A DNA stretch of 60,047 nucleotides, filler included. It is 3 parts of 3 records of this genome, joined end to end, with 100 filler letters (N's around TTAATTAATTAA, not from the genome) between each part and the next. Parts side by side here need not be neighbours in the genome. Positions count along the whole stretch, not along the records: positions 1 to 24,571 come from SRR22947725_2607; 2 more parts are not named here. One strand, written 5' to 3'. How positions within the stretch are numbered: position 1 is the first letter of the stretch; each line of letters opens with the position of its first letter. A model generated the notes under the pieces. It was given only the letters and a program-made list of their open reading frames with translations, was not told the DNA's origin and ran no database searches. The position numbers were made by a program, and so were the translations under genes. Below are positions 1 to 8,861 of the stretch, piece after piece.

Positions 1-243
1 GGAGTTGCCCCTAGTACGAGAGGACCGGGGTGAACGATCCACTGGTGGACCAGTTGTCGACTACGGCAGTGCTGGGTAGCTATGATCGGACAGGATAACC
101 GCTGAAGGCATCTAAGCGGGAAGCCCCCCCAGAAACAAGGTCTCCCTTGAGGGCCGTGGAAGACCACCACGTCGATAGGTCGGAGATGTAAGTGCTGTAA
201 AGCATTCAGTTGACCGATACTAATTGCCCGATAGGCTTGATTT
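1..243 (+). rRNA. rrl: 23S rRNA, 3' end (partial)
   Basis: Sarcin-ricin loop CTAGTACGAGAGGACCGG at 11-28, GGATAACCGCTGAAGGCATCTAAGCGGGAAGCC, and an alphaproteobacterial-type short 3' domain; the end coordinate is approximate. Confidence 0.97.
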
Positions 244-334
244 GATCCAGTAATAGACAGATTAGATATCTGTTATCTGGACAGAAGTGGAAAGTGACCT
301 GCTAACGCAGGGTCTCGTGTTCTTTAATCTTTTC

Positions 335-457
335 TTGGTTTGGTGATCATAGCACCAGCAAAACACCCGATCCCATCTCGAACTCGGCCGTTAAGTGCGG
401 TTGCGCTGATGGTACTGCGTCTTAAGGCGTGGGAGAGTAAGTCATCGCCAAACCTAG
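335..457 (+). rRNA. rrf: 5S rRNA
   Basis: Conserved CACCCGATCCCATCTCGAACTCGG..GTTAAG and GATGGTACT..GGGAGAGTAAG; terminal helix GGTTTGGTG/CGCCAAACC; flanking precursor stem TCTTTAATC/GATTAAAGA. Confidence 0.96.
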
Positions 458-502
458 TAAGGATTAAAGAGTAAGCTCTCAATTCGATCGTAATTATAAA
501 AC

Positions 503-527
503 AGCCGCCTCTAAGGGCGGCTTTTTT
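503..527 (+). terminator. Rho-independent terminator of the rrn operon
   Basis: AGCCGCCT-CTAA-GGGCGGCT stem-loop followed by a T-tract. Confidence 0.88.
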
Positions 528-584
528 GTGCGAAATACAATATCTTAGCTTTACAGTCTTGGAATTTACAGAAAGATAAAAAGC

Positions 585-1421
585 TTAAATTTTAAATGTT
601 GGAACGCCTATAACGTATTTTGGATCAACTAAATTATCAGGTCTTGCACCGAAATTAAGTAAATCTCGCCTGCCATAAATGTCTGCAATCTCTTCAGCAA
701 TTTTACGAATAGTTTTCCCTTTACCTGTGCAAATATTAGCAGGGCCTACTGTTGAACTAAAAGTCCCTTTGATTATCATTTTAGCAGCTATTTTGACGTC
801 TATAAAATCACGCACTTGGTTTCCATTTGTTAAGTTAGCAGCTTCACCATTTTTTAATGTTTGATTTAAAAAACTGTAGAAACGTCGTGGGTCCTCTCCT
901 TCACCAAAAAGGTAAAATAATCTACACCACAAAAATGAAGTTGTTGTATTATCAAAGAGATTAGTTAAACAATTAAATGTGTTAACCTTTGCTTTTGAGT
1001 ATAATGTTTTTGGTAATAGCGGAGTATCTATTGATAAATGCTTGTTTGATATATTATATTCTATACAACTTCCCAGCCCAACAAACCGTGTAACATTTTT
1101 GTTTTTAGCTGCTGTTGCAAGTTGAACTGTTCCTAAAAAACATTCGTCATTTTTTATAGAATTTAGGTAAAGTCCAGGCTCTGCATACCACGCAGTGTGA
1201 ATAATTGTACTAATTCCAGTTAATTTTTTTTCCCACCATTTCGATGTTTGAGAAAAAATATCATCAACTTCGATGATTTTTGTTAAAGCCTCATTAATTG
1301 ATATTCTGTTTTCCCAATCTGGCTTTACTACAATAGTTACCTGATGCCCTTTGTTTTCAAGTTGTTTCAGAATTTGCCTTCCAACGAAGCCTGTCGCACC
1401 AGTTAATAATATTTTTTCCAT
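585..1421 (-). CDS. NAD-dependent epimerase/dehydratase family protein (probable NDP-4-keto-6-deoxyhexose 4-reductase)
   Basis: GATGFVG Rossmann motif, YSKAK (YxxxK), RDFIDV; last gene of the CDP-sugar operon. Confidence 0.85.
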   Translation of the reverse strand: MEKILLTGATGFVGRQILKQLENKGHQVTIVVKPDWENRISINEALTKIIEVDDIFSQTSKWWEKKLTGISTIIHTAWYAEPGLYLNSIKNDECFLGTVQLATAAKNKNVTRFVGLGSCIEYNISNKHLSIDTPLLPKTLYSKAKVNTFNCLTNLFDNTTTSFLWCRLFYLFGEGEDPRRFYSFLNQTLKNGEAANLTNGNQVRDFIDVKIAAKMIIKGTFSSTVGPANICTGKGKTIRKIAEEIADIYGRRDLLNFGARPDNLVDPKYVIGVPTFKI

Positions 1422-2644
1422 TAGATTATTTCTAATTTGGGTACAGCTATTACAAATTTTGTACCTAATTTAGCAATTTTTTTATTTTGAAGAATAACTT
1501 CATTAGCGATGTTCCAAGGAAAAATAATTAAATAATCAGGACGTTTTTCTTCAAGGACTGATGGATGTAAAATCGGTATTTGACTAGCAGGCATAAATTT
1601 ACCAATTTTGGACTCTGATGCATCACAAATAAAAGATACCAAGTCTTTGCGAATTCCAGCATAGTTTAATAATGTATTGCCCTTTGCGGCGGCACCATAA
1701 CCAGCAACAGATTTTCCATCAGATTTTGCATCCAATAAAAATCTTATTAAGTTATCTTTAACTTTATTAGCTCGCTGTTGAAATGCACTGTATGTTAAGT
1801 CATTTTTCAACCCGCTGTTCTCTTCTAAAACTAATATATCTTTGACTGTTTTTTTAACCTCATGATCTGCGGTATTTTTACACCCATAAACCCGAAGACT
1901 TCCACCATGTGTAGGTAATGTCTCAACATCAAATATTTTCAAATTTGAGCTTTTAAAAATTGAGTTTACAGCGCTTAACGACAAATATGAAAAATGTTCA
2001 TGGTACACTGTGTCGAATTGATTGTATTTAATGAGTTGCATCAAATGTGGAAACTCTAATGTGACTACACCATGTTTTTTCAGAAGATTTGCAATACCGG
2101 CAGTAAAATCGTTGATATCGGGCACATGTGCGAATACATTATTACCTATTATTAAATCTGCTTTCTCATCATTTTTGGCCATTCGGCTGCCTACTTTAGA
2201 GCCAAAAAATTCTTTATTAACACGAATACCAAATTTAGCTGAATAGTCCGCAGTGCTTTTTGTTGGCTCAATACCTAAGCAAGGAATTTTTGCTTCAACA
2301 AAGTTTTTTAAAAGATATCCATCATTTGATGCAATCTCCACAATAAAGCTATTTGATGATAATCCAAGGCGTTTTGTAATCATTTCACAATAATTCTTTG
2401 CATGGCCCAACCAACTTTTTGATGTTGATGAAAAATAAGCATAATCTTTGTTAAATAATGTATCAGCATCTGCGTAATCTTCAGTTTGTACTAACCAACA
2501 TGTTGTACAAGTTAAGATACGGAGTGGATAAGTTAACTCAGGTTTTTTTAAGCCTTCTTTTTCTAGATAAGCGTTTGATGGCGGAGCATTCCCAAGATCA
2601 AGAAATTCCAATGTAAGTTCAGATTGACAGTGACGACATTTCAT
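1421..2644 (-). CDS. NDP-hexose C-methyltransferase (SAM-dependent, Zn-binding N-terminus)
   Basis: CRHC..CTTC Zn site, EIASNDGYLL, NNVFAHVPD, FDTVYHEHFSY, THGGSLR and GYGAAAKG motifs of sugar C3-methyltransferases. Confidence 0.9.
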   Translation of the reverse strand: MKCRHCQSELTLEFLDLGNAPPSNAYLEKEGLKKPELTYPLRILTCTTCWLVQTEDYADADTLFNKDYAYFSSTSKSWLGHAKNYCEMITKRLGLSSNSFIVEIASNDGYLLKNFVEAKIPCLGIEPTKSTADYSAKFGIRVNKEFFGSKVGSRMAKNDEKADLIIGNNVFAHVPDINDFTAGIANLLKKHGVVTLEFPHLMQLIKYNQFDTVYHEHFSYLSLSAVNSIFKSSNLKIFDVETLPTHGGSLRVYGCKNTADHEVKKTVKDILVLEENSGLKNDLTYSAFQQRANKVKDNLIRFLLDAKSDGKSVAGYGAAAKGNTLLNYAGIRKDLVSFICDASESKIGKFMPASQIPILHPSVLEEKRPDYLIIFPWNIANEVILQNKKIAKLGTKFVIAVPKLEII

Positions 2645-3189
2645 AAGTCTATTGGCTCTATTGTTTTAAGTAATGGGTGGGTTTTATCACGTTCTGATAA
2701 GGTAGATGCGATTAAAGGCCAATCAATTTCTAAATCAGGATCATTGAAATAAATTCCTGCCTCATACTCAGGTTTGTATTCTTGGGAATGTGAATAGTGT
2801 AATTCAACATAATTAGTGAGTGTTTGAAACCCATGTGCACAACCCTCTGGTATGTAAACAGTGTCTAAAGTGTCGCTGTCCAATATTAAATTTAAAGATT
2901 TACCATATGTTTTTGATTTTTTTCTCAAATCTACAATTATATCAAATATTTTTCCTTGAACACATCGTACTAGTTTAATTTCGCCATAAGGTAATTTTTG
3001 ATAATGTATTCCTCGAATAGTGGCTTTTTTAGTACTGATTGATACATTCGTTTGGATCCAATTAGTATTTAGACCTTTTTCTTTAAATGTTTTTGAACAG
3101 TAAAGTCGTGCAAATGAACCACGATCATCTCCAATTCTTTTAGGGCTAATCTTATAAGCACCTTCTATTATAAGCGGTTCAATAATCAT
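2641..3189 (-). CDS. rfbC: RmlC-family NDP-4-keto-6-deoxyhexose (3,5-)epimerase
   Basis: DDRGSF, IRGIHYQ, KLVRCVQG, GCAHGFQTL, DPDLEIDWP. Confidence 0.88.
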   Translation of the reverse strand: MIIEPLIIEGAYKISPKRIGDDRGSFARLYCSKTFKEKGLNTNWIQTNVSISTKKATIRGIHYQKLPYGEIKLVRCVQGKIFDIIVDLRKKSKTYGKSLNLILDSDTLDTVYIPEGCAHGFQTLTNYVELHYSHSQEYKPEYEAGIYFNDPDLEIDWPLIASTLSERDKTHPLLKTIEPIDL

Positions 3190-4247
3190 GCTGCAGTATA
3201 TGATTTTATTTGATTTAAAGTAATTTCAATAGGGTTTGCACCATTATGAACTTGTTGATACCAATCTATTGTTTTTGTAATGGCTGTAATAAATCTCCAT
3301 TTAGGGTACCAGCCTAATTCCGTGTTTGCTTTATCTATTGTTAGTTTTAGAATACCTGATTCATATGGTGCATTTGAATTGATGTTTTCATGATAAATGC
3401 CTGGCCATATTTCTAATGCAGCTTGGATTACGTTTTCAACAGTACGATTATCATCTGAGTATGGCCCAAAATTATAAGCTGATGCATATTTTTCACTGTT
3501 TTTAAGTTTTTTTGCAAGATGCAAATAGCCTGATAATGGTTCTAAAACATGTTGCCACGGCCTTACAGCGTTAGGATTACGGGTTATGATTGGTATATTA
3601 TTTATATTTGCACGAATAATATCAGGTAATAATCTATTTTGACACCAATCACCACCACCAATAACGTTACCAGCCCTTGCAGAGGCGATTCTTATGGGAA
3701 GATTGTCTTGGTTAAATAGTGACCGATAGCTATCTATAACCAGCTCTGTACCAGATTTACTTGCGCTATACGGATCAATTCCACCCAAATGATCATTTTC
3801 ACGGAAAGCATACGAAGTTTCATTGTTTTTATAAACTTTATCAGTTGTAATAGCTATTACAACACAAGCATGGTTTGACCGTCGTAAGGCTTCCAAAAGA
3901 TTAGCCGTACCCATTACATTTGTGTTCCAAGTATTTAATGTATCTTTATATCCGCGGAGTACTAATGATTGAGCTGCTAAGTGAAAAACAAAATCAATTT
4001 TAATATTATCAATATATTTTTTTAAATTCTTAAAATCACAAATATTACCTGTGGAATGATTTATTCTATCTTTAAGTTTCAGTTGATCAAAAATTGATGG
4101 ATTAGTGTCTGGCTCCAATGCATACCCATAAACATTTGCCCCCATTTCAGATAACCAGAGTGCTAGCCAGCTACCTTTAAAGCCAGTATGCCCGGTTATT
4201 AAAACATTCTTGTTTCCCCAAAACGAATTCACGGCCATACTTTCCAA
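3186..4247 (-). CDS. rfbG: CDP-glucose 4,6-dehydratase
   Basis: GHTGFKGSWL, HLAAQSLV, TTDKVY, DPYSASK, RAGNVIGGGDW, RPWQHVLEPL. Confidence 0.95.
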   Translation of the reverse strand: MESMAVNSFWGNKNVLITGHTGFKGSWLALWLSEMGANVYGYALEPDTNPSIFDQLKLKDRINHSTGNICDFKNLKKYIDNIKIDFVFHLAAQSLVLRGYKDTLNTWNTNVMGTANLLEALRRSNHACVVIAITTDKVYKNNETSYAFRENDHLGGIDPYSASKSGTELVIDSYRSLFNQDNLPIRIASARAGNVIGGGDWCQNRLLPDIIRANINNIPIITRNPNAVRPWQHVLEPLSGYLHLAKKLKNSEKYASAYNFGPYSDDNRTVENVIQAALEIWPGIYHENINSNAPYESGILKLTIDKANTELGWYPKWRFITAITKTIDWYQQVHNGANPIEITLNQIKSYTAA

Positions 4248-4999
4248 GGGGCTTCTTTACGTTCCCATAAATCATCAAGATATTTCTTGTCACGAAGCGT
4301 ATCCATTGCTGCCCAAAATCCATTATGCTTTAAAACTGCAAGTTTTTTTTCTTCTGCTAGGCTTATTAAGGGCCTTTGTTCAAATATTGTTTCATTATTT
4401 GAAATCCGGTCTATTATTGATGGTTCACATACCATAAATCCGCCATTTACCCACTGGCCATCCCCCCGTGGTTTTTCAAGAAATTTAGTGACGCGATTTT
4501 TCTCAACCTCTAATGCACCAAATCTACCCGTAGGTTGTACTGCAGAGAGTGTTGCTTCACAGTTTTGCTCTTTATGAAATTTAATAAGTTTTTTTATGTC
4601 AATATCACTTAAACCATCCCCATAAGTGAGACAAAAGGTTTCATCAAGATAATCTTGGACACGCTTAATACGCCCGCCTGTTTGGGTAAACTCACCAGTA
4701 TCAACTAATGTTACATTCCAATCTTCTGCACGTTGGTGATGCACTTCCATTTTATTATTTGCCATATCAAAAGTTACGTCTGACATATGCAAAAAATAGT
4801 TAGCAAAGTATTCTTTGATTAGATATCCACGATAACCACAACAAATAATAAAATCATTTATTCCATGAGCACTATAAATTTTCATTATATGCCAGAGTAT
4901 TGGCCTACCACCAATTTCTATCATTGGTTTTGGTCTCATATGAGACTCTTCGCTAATACGTGTCCCTAAACCACCTGCAAGAATTACTGCTTTAAGCAT
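4229..4999 (-). CDS. rfbF: Glucose-1-phosphate cytidylyltransferase
   Basis: ILAGGLGTRISEE..PKPMIEIGG, TYGDG, GFWAAMDTLRD, APWKVW. Confidence 0.96.
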   Translation of the reverse strand: MLKAVILAGGLGTRISEESHMRPKPMIEIGGRPILWHIMKIYSAHGINDFIICCGYRGYLIKEYFANYFLHMSDVTFDMANNKMEVHHQRAEDWNVTLVDTGEFTQTGGRIKRVQDYLDETFCLTYGDGLSDIDIKKLIKFHKEQNCEATLSAVQPTGRFGALEVEKNRVTKFLEKPRGDGQWVNGGFMVCEPSIIDRISNNETIFEQRPLISLAEEKKLAVLKHNGFWAAMDTLRDKKYLDDLWERKEAPWKVWP

Positions 5000-5151
5000 T
5001 ACTATTCCTCAATACTTACATAATAATTAAGTATTAAATGAAACAGTTAAATAATACCATAAATATGTATAAATTTCTAGAAGTTTATGATACTTGACGT
5101 ATGTCTTTATAATTGGGATAGACAATGAAAATGTAAAAATTAGAGACAAAT

Positions 5152-5922
5152 ATGAAAAATTTTTTAGGTGAAGTTGAAGGTCGTGTAAAAAGCTATAAAG
5201 ATGAAGAGGAAATGCGTAAAGCTGCAGCAGACTTTATGCTTTCATCAACCAAACCCAAATACTGTTATAATTTTTCTTGGCAATCACGTCCAATTATCCA
5301 ATACCCACAAGATATGGTAGCAATGCAAGAGATAATTTGGAAGGTTAAGCCGGATTTAATTATAGAAATGGGTATCGCACATGGGGGGTCATTAATCTAC
5401 AATGCATCAATTTTAGCGATGCTGGATATGTGTGAAGCTATAAAAGAGCATAGAATTATAGATCCAAAGATATCTGAGAGGAAAATACTAGGAGTAGATA
5501 TTGATATACGGGAGCATAATAAAACTGAAATAGAAAAACATCCGATGTCTTCTCGTATTGAGATGATAGAAGGTTCAAGTATATCGCCTGAAATAATAGA
5601 AAAAGTTAAAGATTATGCAAAAGATTATAAATGTATACTAGTGTGTTTGGATAGTAATCATACACATGAGCATGTTTTAGCTGAATTAGAAGCATATGCG
5701 CCACTTACGTCTGTAGGCAGTTATTGTGTTGTTTTTGATACAATTATTGAAGATTTACCTAAAAACGCTTATCCTGATAGGCCGTGGGGCCCGGGTGATA
5801 ATCCAAAAACTGCGGTATATGATTATCTAAAAAATCATCCTAACTTTGAAATAGATAAAAATATTTTTGAAAAATTATTAATTTCAGTTTGTCCTGACGG
5901 ATTTTTGAAAAAGCTAAGATAA
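5152..5922 (+). CDS. CmcI (cephalosporin hydroxylase) family SAM-dependent O-methyltransferase
   Basis: RPIIQYPQDM, PDLIIEMGIAHGGSL, LDSNHTHEHVLAEL, WGPGDNPKTAV. Confidence 0.9.
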   Translation: MKNFLGEVEGRVKSYKDEEEMRKAAADFMLSSTKPKYCYNFSWQSRPIIQYPQDMVAMQEIIWKVKPDLIIEMGIAHGGSLIYNASILAMLDMCEAIKEHRIIDPKISERKILGVDIDIREHNKTEIEKHPMSSRIEMIEGSSISPEIIEKVKDYAKDYKCILVCLDSNHTHEHVLAELEAYAPLTSVGSYCVVFDTIIEDLPKNAYPDRPWGPGDNPKTAVYDYLKNHPNFEIDKNIFEKLLISVCPDGFLKKLR

Positions 5923-5936
5923 GCGGACACTTTATT

Positions 5937-7172
5937 ATGAAGCTAAGCATTGTTATACCCACGCGAGAGCGAATACAATACCTTCAAGAGTCTATTAGAA
6001 CGGCTCTGGCTATAGATGATATTGATATAGAAATTATTGTTAGTGACAATGCAAGTAGTGATAATACAGCCGATATTTTATCTGATATTGATGACATACG
6101 CTTTAAATACACCCATACTGGAAAAAGAGTATCCATGCGCGCTAATTTTGAAAATGGGTTAAATAATTGCACAGGCGATTATATTATGTTTTTTGGAGAT
6201 GATGATGGAGTTTTGCCAAAACAAATTCCAATTTTGATGAATATTTTAGAAAAAGAAAAACCAGACGTGTTGAAATGGCCAATTATAAGATATGGCTGGC
6301 CAGAAAAAGGGAATCCAAAAACTGGTGGTGTAAGATTCAAAAAAGGCTCAGTTTATGGTTCTGCATATGATATCAATTCAAATAAGCTGTTTAATGAAAT
6401 TGCAAACTGCAATTTTAAAAATGAAGAATTATATCCTGCTATATATCATGGAGTAGTTTCTAGGCCGTACTTGGATAGCTTAAGGACTTCTGATGGGAAG
6501 TTTTTTAATTGTACAATCCCTGATATTTTTTTTGGTTATTTAGCATTATTTCGAAAAGGAAAGCTTATGTATTGCGATCATCCATTTACTTTAAATGGAT
6601 ACAGCCCTGCAAGTAACGGTGGAGCACAAAAAAAAATCTCCCTAGGTGAACCTATATCAGATATTGCTGCAAAATTTATTTTAGAAAATTCTTTTGATAA
6701 TAATAAGGATGTGGCAGATTTTGGGACAAGCATTCCAGCTGCTTTCTTTTTATCATTAGAAACAGCTCGCGTATTAGGAAATATACAAACAAAAGATATA
6801 AATTATTTAGCTTGGTTTGAATTCATTATTAAGAATACAAGTAAAATGAAACAAGATACTTATGATGAATTGCTTAACAGTTTGAAATTATATGCAAAAA
6901 AAATAGGTAAATTAGAAGAATTAGAAATAGTGTTACAACGACCAAACCCAAAAAATAGAAAAATTTCAAAGCTTATTAATAAAGTAAGTGAAAATGTGGC
7001 AAAAATTGATAGTATACGATTTAGTTGCGAAAAAAATTCAACAAATACAATTTTTACTGCAGCACAAATTTGTGATGAATTACTTGGAATAAACCTAAAT
7101 AATGTTTATGATAAAACTACAACTCGCAAGTTAGCATGGGCTGAATTAAAGACTCGTGGTAAATCAATTTAG
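5937..7172 (+). CDS. Glycosyltransferase family 2
   Basis: N-terminal SIVIPTR, IIVSDNASSD and FFGDDDG (DxD) GT-A motifs; C-terminal half not recognised. Confidence 0.85.
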   Translation: MKLSIVIPTRERIQYLQESIRTALAIDDIDIEIIVSDNASSDNTADILSDIDDIRFKYTHTGKRVSMRANFENGLNNCTGDYIMFFGDDDGVLPKQIPILMNILEKEKPDVLKWPIIRYGWPEKGNPKTGGVRFKKGSVYGSAYDINSNKLFNEIANCNFKNEELYPAIYHGVVSRPYLDSLRTSDGKFFNCTIPDIFFGYLALFRKGKLMYCDHPFTLNGYSPASNGGAQKKISLGEPISDIAAKFILENSFDNNKDVADFGTSIPAAFFLSLETARVLGNIQTKDINYLAWFEFIIKNTSKMKQDTYDELLNSLKLYAKKIGKLEELEIVLQRPNPKNRKISKLINKVSENVAKIDSIRFSCEKNSTNTIFTAAQICDELLGINLNNVYDKTTTRKLAWAELKTRGKSI

Positions 7173-7924
7173 TTTTGTAATAATAATCTTAGGGCTGTGA
7201 GTATGCAAACAGTAACAAGTAGGGGCCTTATTAATTTTATTCCCTTTTTGATTGCTAACCTTGCACCAATAGTGCTTCCAATTATTTGGCCTAATGCCAT
7301 AGTTAATCCTATTTCCCAGTTAATGGCACCAATTATAGAAAAATAAATAAACCCACCAATATTTGATGAGAAATTCATTAACTTAGTTTGAGCAGTTGCT
7401 TGTATAATTCCCAGTCCACCGATGAAAATGTATGCGAGCATGTAAAAAGAACCTGCACCAGGACCAAAAGCTCCATCATAAAGCCCAATGATTGGTAGGA
7501 TGATACAAGCTAATATGAAAAAAGGTAAGATTGGTTTTTTATTAGGGCGATTGATAGTTTTTGATAAAGCAAAGTACAGAGCTATTGCAATTAATACATA
7601 GGGTAAAAAAATAGCGAGTTTTTTTTCTGGAATGTATGAGGCGATTAAAGCGCCAAACATTGAAGCAAAAAAACAAAATAATGCAATCGGCCAAAGAGCT
7701 CGTATATTTAAGTGGCCTTTAATCGCAAATGTAATAGTTGCGGATGCAGTCCCAAATAGGCCCTGTAATTTATTGGTACCCAACGCAACCAGTGGAGGAA
7801 CACCAGCAATAAGCATAACAGGAATTGTTAATAAACCACCTCCACCCGAAATAGAGTCAAAAAACCCTGCAAATAAACCCAGAAAGAAAAATAATATTAG
7901 AAGGTTTACCGTAATATCAATCAT
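7169..7924 (-). CDS. TSUP (TauE/SafE, YfcA-like) membrane transporter
   Basis: AGFFDSISGGGGL, ALGTNKLQ, GLYDGAFGPGAGSF; hydrophobic throughout. Confidence 0.9.
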   Translation of the reverse strand: MIDITVNLLILFFFLGLFAGFFDSISGGGGLLTIPVMLIAGVPPLVALGTNKLQGLFGTASATITFAIKGHLNIRALWPIALFCFFASMFGALIASYIPEKKLAIFLPYVLIAIALYFALSKTINRPNKKPILPFFILACIILPIIGLYDGAFGPGAGSFYMLAYIFIGGLGIIQATAQTKLMNFSSNIGGFIYFSIIGAINWEIGLTMALGQIIGSTIGARLAIKKGIKLIRPLLVTVCILTALRLLLQN

Positions 7925-7931
7925 TCGATAT

Positions 7932-8837
7932 TTATCCTATGTGATGTTTGCCACGTTTATCAGCCAACTCAACTTGATATTGACGTTCTCGAAAACGCTC
8001 TTTTCTTTCATCATCATTACTATCTATGCAGAGATGACATGAAACGCCTTTTTCAAATTCTTCTTTTTTAATGTCATTGGGCGCAAGTGGCATCCTACAA
8101 GCATAACATAGATTATAGATGCCTTCTTCAAGACCATGTTTGACTGATACACGAGAGTCAAAAACAAAGCACTCTCCATTCCATTTGCTATTTTTTTCTG
8201 GAACTTCTTCCAAATATTTCAATATACCACCTTTTAAGTGATAAACATCTTTAACGCCTTCATTTAGTAAAAAATTAGTGGATTTTTCACATCTAATTCC
8301 ACCGGTGCAAAACATTGCTACGCGTTTATCTTGGTATTTAGATCTATTCTCTTCCCACCATTCAGGGAATTCCCCAAAACTTTTTGTCTCTGGATCAATC
8401 GCACCATCAAAGCTGCCAATGGCAACTTCGTAATCATTTCGAGTATCTATAACTACAACATCCTCTTGAGAAATGAGATTATTCCAATCACTTGGCTCAA
8501 TATAGTTACCAACATTTAAAGTAGGGTCGATATGGGGCTGCCCCATAGTAACAATTTCTTTTTTTAATTTAACTTTCATTCGCTTAAATGGAATTTTGCT
8601 AGCAAAGCTTTCCTTATGCTCTAGATCTGAACATCCCGGCATTGATCGTATATGTTTTAAAACTGCATCAATACCTGATCTTGATCCTGATATTGTTCCA
8701 TTGATACCCTCGTAAGCTATAAGTAAAGATCCCTTTATATCCTCACTATTACAAATTTTTCTTAATGGATCCTGAAGTTTCTTATAATCAGAAAATTTTG
8801 TGAAATGATAAAGAGCCGCAACGATAACTTTAGTCAT
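7932..8837 (-). CDS. trhO: tRNA U34 hydroxylase TrhO (YceA/UPF0176, rhodanese domain)
   Basis: EGINGTISG, KVKLKKEIV, IDTRNDYE, FCTGGIRCEKS, GGILKYLE, CFVFDSR. Confidence 0.9.
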   Translation of the reverse strand: MTKVIVAALYHFTKFSDYKKLQDPLRKICNSEDIKGSLLIAYEGINGTISGSRSGIDAVLKHIRSMPGCSDLEHKESFASKIPFKRMKVKLKKEIVTMGQPHIDPTLNVGNYIEPSDWNNLISQEDVVVIDTRNDYEVAIGSFDGAIDPETKSFGEFPEWWEENRSKYQDKRVAMFCTGGIRCEKSTNFLLNEGVKDVYHLKGGILKYLEEVPEKNSKWNGECFVFDSRVSVKHGLEEGIYNLCYACRMPLAPNDIKKEEFEKGVSCHLCIDSNDDERKERFRERQYQVELADKRGKHHIG

Positions 8838-8861
8838 GATATACCTATAATACTTACCTAA

